In this document: piece by piece, positions 59,835-64,000 of the stretch | Layout of the letters: every line of letters begins with the position of its first letter | How positions within the stretch are numbered: the stretch's first letter is position 1 | From: Escherichia phage phiSUSP1 | Strand: one strand, 5' to 3' | DNA: 64,000 nucleotides | Sequence record: KT454805 | Translations under genes and position numbers: made by a program | The notes under the pieces: generated by a model | What the model saw: only the letters and a program-made list of their open reading frames with translations | Database searches by the model: none | What the model was told of the DNA's origin: nothing

Positions 59835-60956
59835 ATGACTACTAAGACTAAAGCACAAATCGACGCAGAAATCTACGCACTGGTTAAAGAAGGTAAACTG
59901 ACCAAAACTGCAATTGCTCTGAAGTACAATACTTCAACTCGTTCTGTAGGTCGTGCTGTAGAGCGTCATGAAGCAACTCTGCTGACAGGGAAAACCAAAG
60001 CAAAACCTGCAAAGACCCTGAAAGATATTGCAAAGGGTGCTAAGAAAGCTAAAGCAACTAAAAAGGTAGCTACCCAGAAACCTATTGCAAAAGCTGTTAA
60101 AGAGGCAGCCAAAGCAGAACCTGTAAATGCTCTGCACGAAGCGATGCAGAATAACAGCCAGATTGAGTACATGATTACTGGTGACTCGGTTATCATGACT
60201 TTCGGTGCAGAGTCAGAGATTGTTGAGTCAACTCACCCTAACTACACTGAAATTGTTATGGCTGTTGTATCAGGTGAGTACAAGAAAGCCTTTGAACTGA
60301 TGAACATTCGCAAATCCATTGAGAACTTCACTCAGGGTGCTGTGACCATTAAAGGTGATAACCTGTACTACGGTGCTGTTCAAATGCGTTCAACTCTGGT
60401 AGACCGTATTCTGGACATGATGAAGAAAGGCGATGAAGGCTTTACCCGTCTTATTGCATTCTTCGAAAAACTGATGGAAAACCCATCAAAAGATTCTGTA
60501 GAACAACTTTGGGGCTTTGTGTCACACCTCGATGTTGAAATTGATGAAGAAGGTTATATCATCGGTTGGAAGAAAGTCACAACTCGTAGTGGTAAACTGT
60601 TTGACTCTCGTACCTGCAAAGTGCCAAACGATTTGGGTAACATTGTTGAAATGCCACGTTGGATGGTTGATAATAACCGCCATGTAACATGCTCTCAAGG
60701 TCTACATGTTGGTGCTTGGGATTACGTAACTAGCTTCTCTGGTGACACTATCCTGAAAGTTCGTGTTCACCCTCGTGATGTTGTTTCAGTACCAACTGAC
60801 TACAACGATATGAAGATGCGAGCCTCTCGTTATGAAGTTGCAGCGATTGTAAATAGTCGCCGTGAAGTCATCAAAGAGTGGGATGGTTCAGAAGCACTCC
60901 ACGTAGTTGTAGGAACTGCTGGTGAACTGATTTCTCAGCGTAAACGTGAAGTCTAA
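59835..60956 (+). CDS. rIIB: rIIB-like protein (putative)
   Basis: 373 aa ORF directly downstream of the rIIA-like gene; no independent motif. Confidence 0.35.
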   Translation: MTTKTKAQIDAEIYALVKEGKLTKTAIALKYNTSTRSVGRAVERHEATLLTGKTKAKPAKTLKDIAKGAKKAKATKKVATQKPIAKAVKEAAKAEPVNALHEAMQNNSQIEYMITGDSVIMTFGAESEIVESTHPNYTEIVMAVVSGEYKKAFELMNIRKSIENFTQGAVTIKGDNLYYGAVQMRSTLVDRILDMMKKGDEGFTRLIAFFEKLMENPSKDSVEQLWGFVSHLDVEIDEEGYIIGWKKVTTRSGKLFDSRTCKVPNDLGNIVEMPRWMVDNNRHVTCSQGLHVGAWDYVTSFSGDTILKVRVHPRDVVSVPTDYNDMKMRASRYEVAAIVNSRREVIKEWDGSEALHVVVGTAGELISQRKREV

Positions 60957-60972
60957 TAAGTAAATTCCTAAA

Positions 60973-60997
60973 TGGGCTGCTTCGGCAGCCTTTTTTA
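60973..60997 (+). terminator. intrinsic terminator (UUCG tetraloop)
   Basis: GGCTGC-ttcg-GCAGCC followed by TTTTTT. Confidence 0.75.
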
Positions 60998-60998
60998 T

Positions 60999-61026
60999 TT
61001 GAAAAATGTGCAGGATGATGTATAAT
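60999..61026 (+). promoter_or_regulatory. strong sigma70-like promoter (TTGAAA, 16-nt spacer, TATAAT)
   Basis: hexamers read directly; sits between the terminator and the transglycosylase gene. Confidence 0.6.
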
Positions 61027-61057
61027 TGTCTGCATGTTTAACAAAATAGGAGTGCAA

Positions 61058-61606
61058 ATGAAGAAATTTGTTTTAGGTTTGTGCTTATTCTTTACAGCAC
61101 ATTTAGCTACAGCATCTGACTGTCCAGAACTTACAATCAGCCAGAAAGTAAATATGTTAAAAGCATATAACTATGGCGAAGGACAGATGGGAAAAGGTTG
61201 GGGAATCCCTTTAGCAGCTATAGCCTTACAAGAGTCACAATTAGGTGTCATGTTAGAAAATAAAAGGACTCATGATTATGGTGTTTTCCAGAATCACTTG
61301 AAGACTGTTGTAAAGCGTAACAAAGTATCTCCAAAGGTTGCTAAGAAGAAGTTGGTAAGTGACTTCCATTACTCAGCAAAAGAGGCTCATAAAGAGTTGC
61401 TATTCTGGACAAAGGTTCACGGTAACCCAGATGGAAAGTACTCTATGAAGCGTGTCCTAGCTTCTTATAATGCTGGTTACAAATATAAGATTCCAAAGGC
61501 TAGACAATACTCTCAAGATGTGTACAATAACATGAAACTGCTTGCTCAATGTGAGTTTGCAACAAACATTAAAAAGGTAAAATATGAGCGAATCAAAACA
61601 ATTTGA
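61058..61606 (+). CDS. secreted lytic transglycosylase (SLT-domain, signal peptide)
   Basis: signal peptide MKKFVLGLCLFFTAHLATA; SLT-like motifs AIALQESQLG, GVFQ, ASYNAG; AGGAG RBS. Confidence 0.55.
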   Translation: MKKFVLGLCLFFTAHLATASDCPELTISQKVNMLKAYNYGEGQMGKGWGIPLAAIALQESQLGVMLENKRTHDYGVFQNHLKTVVKRNKVSPKVAKKKLVSDFHYSAKEAHKELLFWTKVHGNPDGKYSMKRVLASYNAGYKYKIPKARQYSQDVYNNMKLLAQCEFATNIKKVKYERIKTI

Positions 61607-62279
61607 TACGGTTCTGTGTCATGCTTATGATATCAAACCACTTGATTTAGATATCAGTTCTGCAAGCTGGTCAGACGTTGCTAAAGCTGACTTTGCAGAT
61701 ACAGCAAGATATGTTGCGTGTAGCTTTGAAGACTTTCATTCAACAAAGACACAGATTCCTTGTCAAGATTTGCTAACAGGTAAAACTGTGTATGTAGGTC
61801 GCAATAGTCTTATCTTGGTTGCAAAGAACTTGGAAGAAAAACGTAAGATGGTCTTAGCAGATATTGACGGTGTTCTTACAAGCTTTGATAAGAAACTTAA
61901 CGCAACCTTGTTAGATGATGGTACTTACTCACAGTACACTAACTTGGTAGACTCTCGCAGAGCTAAACCAACTTATGTTTTTAACATTCTGTGTGGTATA
62001 TCACAAAATGCTGATATAGGATTCTTAACTGCTCGTGGTGAATCTCAAAGAGTGGTCACTCACCTCTTCCTGAATGAAAATGTAGACAGTAACTTCTTAC
62101 TGTTTATGCGTGGATTTGGTGACAATGAAATTAGTGCAGAAAGTTTGAAAGTTCGTATGCTTCAGTCTTGCATTCTACCTTACTATGATGTAGTATGCTT
62201 TATAGAAGATACAGTAAAGAACGTGGCAAAGGTTGAAAGAATCTTACCACACATCAAAACAATGCTTGTTAAAAACTGA
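61584..62279 (+). CDS. HAD-like hydrolase domain protein (putative)
   Basis: motif-I-like LADIDGVLT; 231 aa. Confidence 0.35.
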   Translation: MSESKQFDTVLCHAYDIKPLDLDISSASWSDVAKADFADTARYVACSFEDFHSTKTQIPCQDLLTGKTVYVGRNSLILVAKNLEEKRKMVLADIDGVLTSFDKKLNATLLDDGTYSQYTNLVDSRRAKPTYVFNILCGISQNADIGFLTARGESQRVVTHLFLNENVDSNFLLFMRGFGDNEISAESLKVRMLQSCILPYYDVVCFIEDTVKNVAKVERILPHIKTMLVKN

Positions 62280-62290
62280 GAGAGTAAATC

Positions 62291-62755
62291 ATGCAAAACA
62301 TTATTACAGTAGCTATCGATGCTTCCGGTAACAAATCACAGGTAGTTCGTGAGATTATCAAGAATAACTTCGATGGTAAAATCTTTCGTGCAGTAAACGT
62401 GAAAGCTGATGGTAACATTCGTGAGTATCGTGCAATGTTGAATGTAACAAAACACGTTAAAGGTGTTGGCTCAACAACTGCACATAAAGAAAATCTGATG
62501 ACTATCTATGATATGGGTATGGCTTCAGAGTTAGGTGCAAAAGGTATTATACAATCCGGTGCTCCTTACCGTTCTTTCAATCTGGAAACTGCTCTTATGC
62601 TTTCCTTTACAAGTGGTTCTCAAACTACCACTTACCTCTTCACAGACTCTGCAACGGTGTCTGCGATTAAGGATAATACCATTAAGGCTGGCGTAGCTGC
62701 TGCTTCAAAAGCCTCAACAATGGCAGCAAATGTCCTTGCGAAAGTTCTTGGTTAA
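62291..62755 (+). CDS. hypothetical protein (154 aa)
   Basis: ORF track; good RBS. Confidence 0.4.
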   Translation: MQNIITVAIDASGNKSQVVREIIKNNFDGKIFRAVNVKADGNIREYRAMLNVTKHVKGVGSTTAHKENLMTIYDMGMASELGAKGIIQSGAPYRSFNLETALMLSFTSGSQTTTYLFTDSATVSAIKDNTIKAGVAAASKASTMAANVLAKVLG

Positions 62756-62765
62756 AGTTATTATA

Positions 62766-62790
62766 GAGGCTCCTACGGGAGCCTTTTTCA
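62766..62790 (+). terminator. intrinsic terminator
   Basis: GAGGCTCC-tacg-GGAGCCT followed by TTTTT. Confidence 0.75.
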
Positions 62791-62807
62791 TTTTTAGGAG
62801 AAGTTAA

Positions 62808-63155
62808 ATGACATTTAAAGAATTTTGTCAAGCAGCTTTTGTAATCATTTTCTTAATAGGTGTTGGTGCTTGGGGAGGTTACACTTACAAGACCAGCCAA
62901 GTTAATGAAAAGGAGTTAACTAACCAGAGACTTGTAAGTGTTGCTAAAGATGCTTATCAAGAAGGTTTATCAAATCTTAGCTCCAATTACAAAAATGATT
63001 TGAAAGATGTGCTTGCTAAAAACAAACACACAAAAGAGGTATTGAATTATGAAAAAACTAAGACAGTCTTTATTAATGATTGTGCTACTGAGCCTTATGT
63101 CAGGGTGTTCAACGAACAAAGTGAACAGTACCTTCAAAAACTCCCAAGTAAGTGA
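62808..63155 (+). CDS. i-spanin (Rz-like)
   Basis: N-terminal TM segment FVIIFLIGVGAWGGY then charged helical periplasmic region; o-spanin gene embedded at its 3' end. Confidence 0.5.
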   Translation: MTFKEFCQAAFVIIFLIGVGAWGGYTYKTSQVNEKELTNQRLVSVAKDAYQEGLSNLSSNYKNDLKDVLAKNKHTKEVLNYEKTKTVFINDCATEPYVRVFNEQSEQYLQKLPSK

Positions 63156-63318
63156 GAGTGACAAGTATACTCAAGAGGAAGCACGATATGAAGTCAAAAG
63201 CACTAAAGGTAAAGATATTGCAAGTGCTCTTGAGTTTTATCGTGACGGCTACTATGAGTGTACTATCAAGGCAAACAACTTGATTGATATGATTTTGTTA
63301 GGGAATAAGCAGCAATGA
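63049..63318 (+). CDS. o-spanin (Rz1-like outer-membrane lipoprotein)
   Basis: lipoprotein signal MKKLRQSLLMIVLLSLMSGC (lipobox LMSGC); starts inside the i-spanin gene in another frame and extends past its stop. Confidence 0.55.
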   Translation: MKKLRQSLLMIVLLSLMSGCSTNKVNSTFKNSQVSESDKYTQEEARYEVKSTKGKDIASALEFYRDGYYECTIKANNLIDMILLGNKQQ

Positions 63319-63584
63319 CAGAAAAGAATGAAACTTTTTTCGTGGAAGGTTACCTTCTGTTACCAAGACCAAATAACACCTACATGAGATTTGACATTAT
63401 GCCAACGGTTATGGATGATGTAACCTGTCACATCTTTATGCAAGGTGTTTCTGCACAACTTAAACATGTTGGAAGAGATTGCAAAATACGTGTTGACAAC
63501 CACCCTGAAATCAACGAGAATCACTACACATGGTTCGGGGAAGATTCTAAAGAAATCTACGCAGTTCTTAAAACGAGGAAATAA
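63315..63584 (+). CDS. hypothetical protein (89 aa)
   Basis: ORF track. Confidence 0.35.
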   Translation: MTEKNETFFVEGYLLLPRPNNTYMRFDIMPTVMDDVTCHIFMQGVSAQLKHVGRDCKIRVDNHPEINENHYTWFGEDSKEIYAVLKTRK

Positions 63585-63585
63585 C

Positions 63586-63747
63586 ATGGATAAGCAAGAG
63601 TTGCTTAAACTGATTGAAGAGTATGGTGATTCCCGTTACAATGAAGCTGGAGAAAGCTGTGTAGGTTCTATAGAGGCATTAACACTCTGGGAAGAATCCT
63701 CAGCAGCTTTACTTCAGCAGATTAAAGAGGTTATTGCAAATGGGTGA
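63586..63747 (+). CDS. small hypothetical protein (about 53 aa)
   Basis: in-frame ATG at 63586 with AGGAA RBS within ORF 63445..63747. Confidence 0.25.
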   Translation: MDKQELLKLIEEYGDSRYNEAGESCVGSIEALTLWEESSAALLQQIKEVIANG

Positions 63748-64000
63748 CTGTGCAGATGATGCAGACCGTTGGGCTGAACTCCAAGATTTAAGAGCAGAGT
63801 TTAGAGACCTCTTAGTGAGGTCTTCTAAAACAAATGTAGAGTATACACAAAAGGATTTTCCAAAGGCTCCTTTGTATGTTATACATCAAAACAATCTAAT
63901 GAACTCTGGATTAAGTTTGCAACAAAGGATGGACATTTGCCTAGCAAGGTATTACATTAATGTTGATGCCAAAGTTGGTGACTTGATTAAGTGTCCATGT
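63740..64000 (+). CDS. hypothetical protein, 3'-truncated at window edge
   Basis: ATG at 63740 overlapping the previous stop; frame open to end of window. Confidence 0.25.
   Translation, partial: MGDCADDADRWAELQDLRAEFRDLLVRSSKTNVEYTQKDFPKAPLYVIHQNNLMNSGLSLQQRMDICLARYYINVDAKVGDLIKCPC

Overview
This 64-kb window is a gene-dense, AT-rich segment of a virulent tailed dsDNA phage genome with very little non-coding DNA. All calls come from reading the sequence and ORF track by eye; no database search or computation was run. Layout: (1) plus strand 1-23.5 kb, late structural module: large terminase, portal, S49-type prohead protease/scaffold, major capsid, connector proteins, putative sheath and tube, tail chaperone pair with a -1 frameshift site, tape measure, a Mu/P2-like baseplate gene order, and two tail fibers sharing a collar/HxH C-terminal module. 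(2) minus strand 23.5-34.7 kb: thymidylate synthase, DHFR, a run of small unknown early-type genes, two repeat-rich intergenic regions flanking a two-gene cassette of unknown function, ATP-dependent DNA ligase, a DUF2829-like (Tad2-like) small protein, an HNH-AP2 endonuclease and a family-A DNA polymerase. (3) plus strand 35-64 kb: T4 gp1-like dNMP kinase, T7 gp4-like primase-helicase, SSB-like protein, FEN/5'-3' exonuclease, GIY-YIG nuclease, MazG-like protein, aerobic and anaerobic ribonucleotide reductases (NrdA, NrdB, NrdH-like, NrdD, NrdG), free-standing HNH endonucleases, a PRPP-synthetase-like plus Nampt-like pair, an rIIA/rIIB-like pair, a secreted lytic transglycosylase and overlapped spanins. 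Many sigma70-like promoters and hairpin/T-run terminators are visible. The most interesting candidates are the Prs-like/Nampt-like pair (possible NAD+ reconstitution counter-defence), the DUF2829-like small protein, and the unrecognised two-gene cassette bracketed by a duplicated CA-rich regulatory module. The overall gene content resembles Felix O1-like myoviruses of enterobacteria, but that is an inference from memory.
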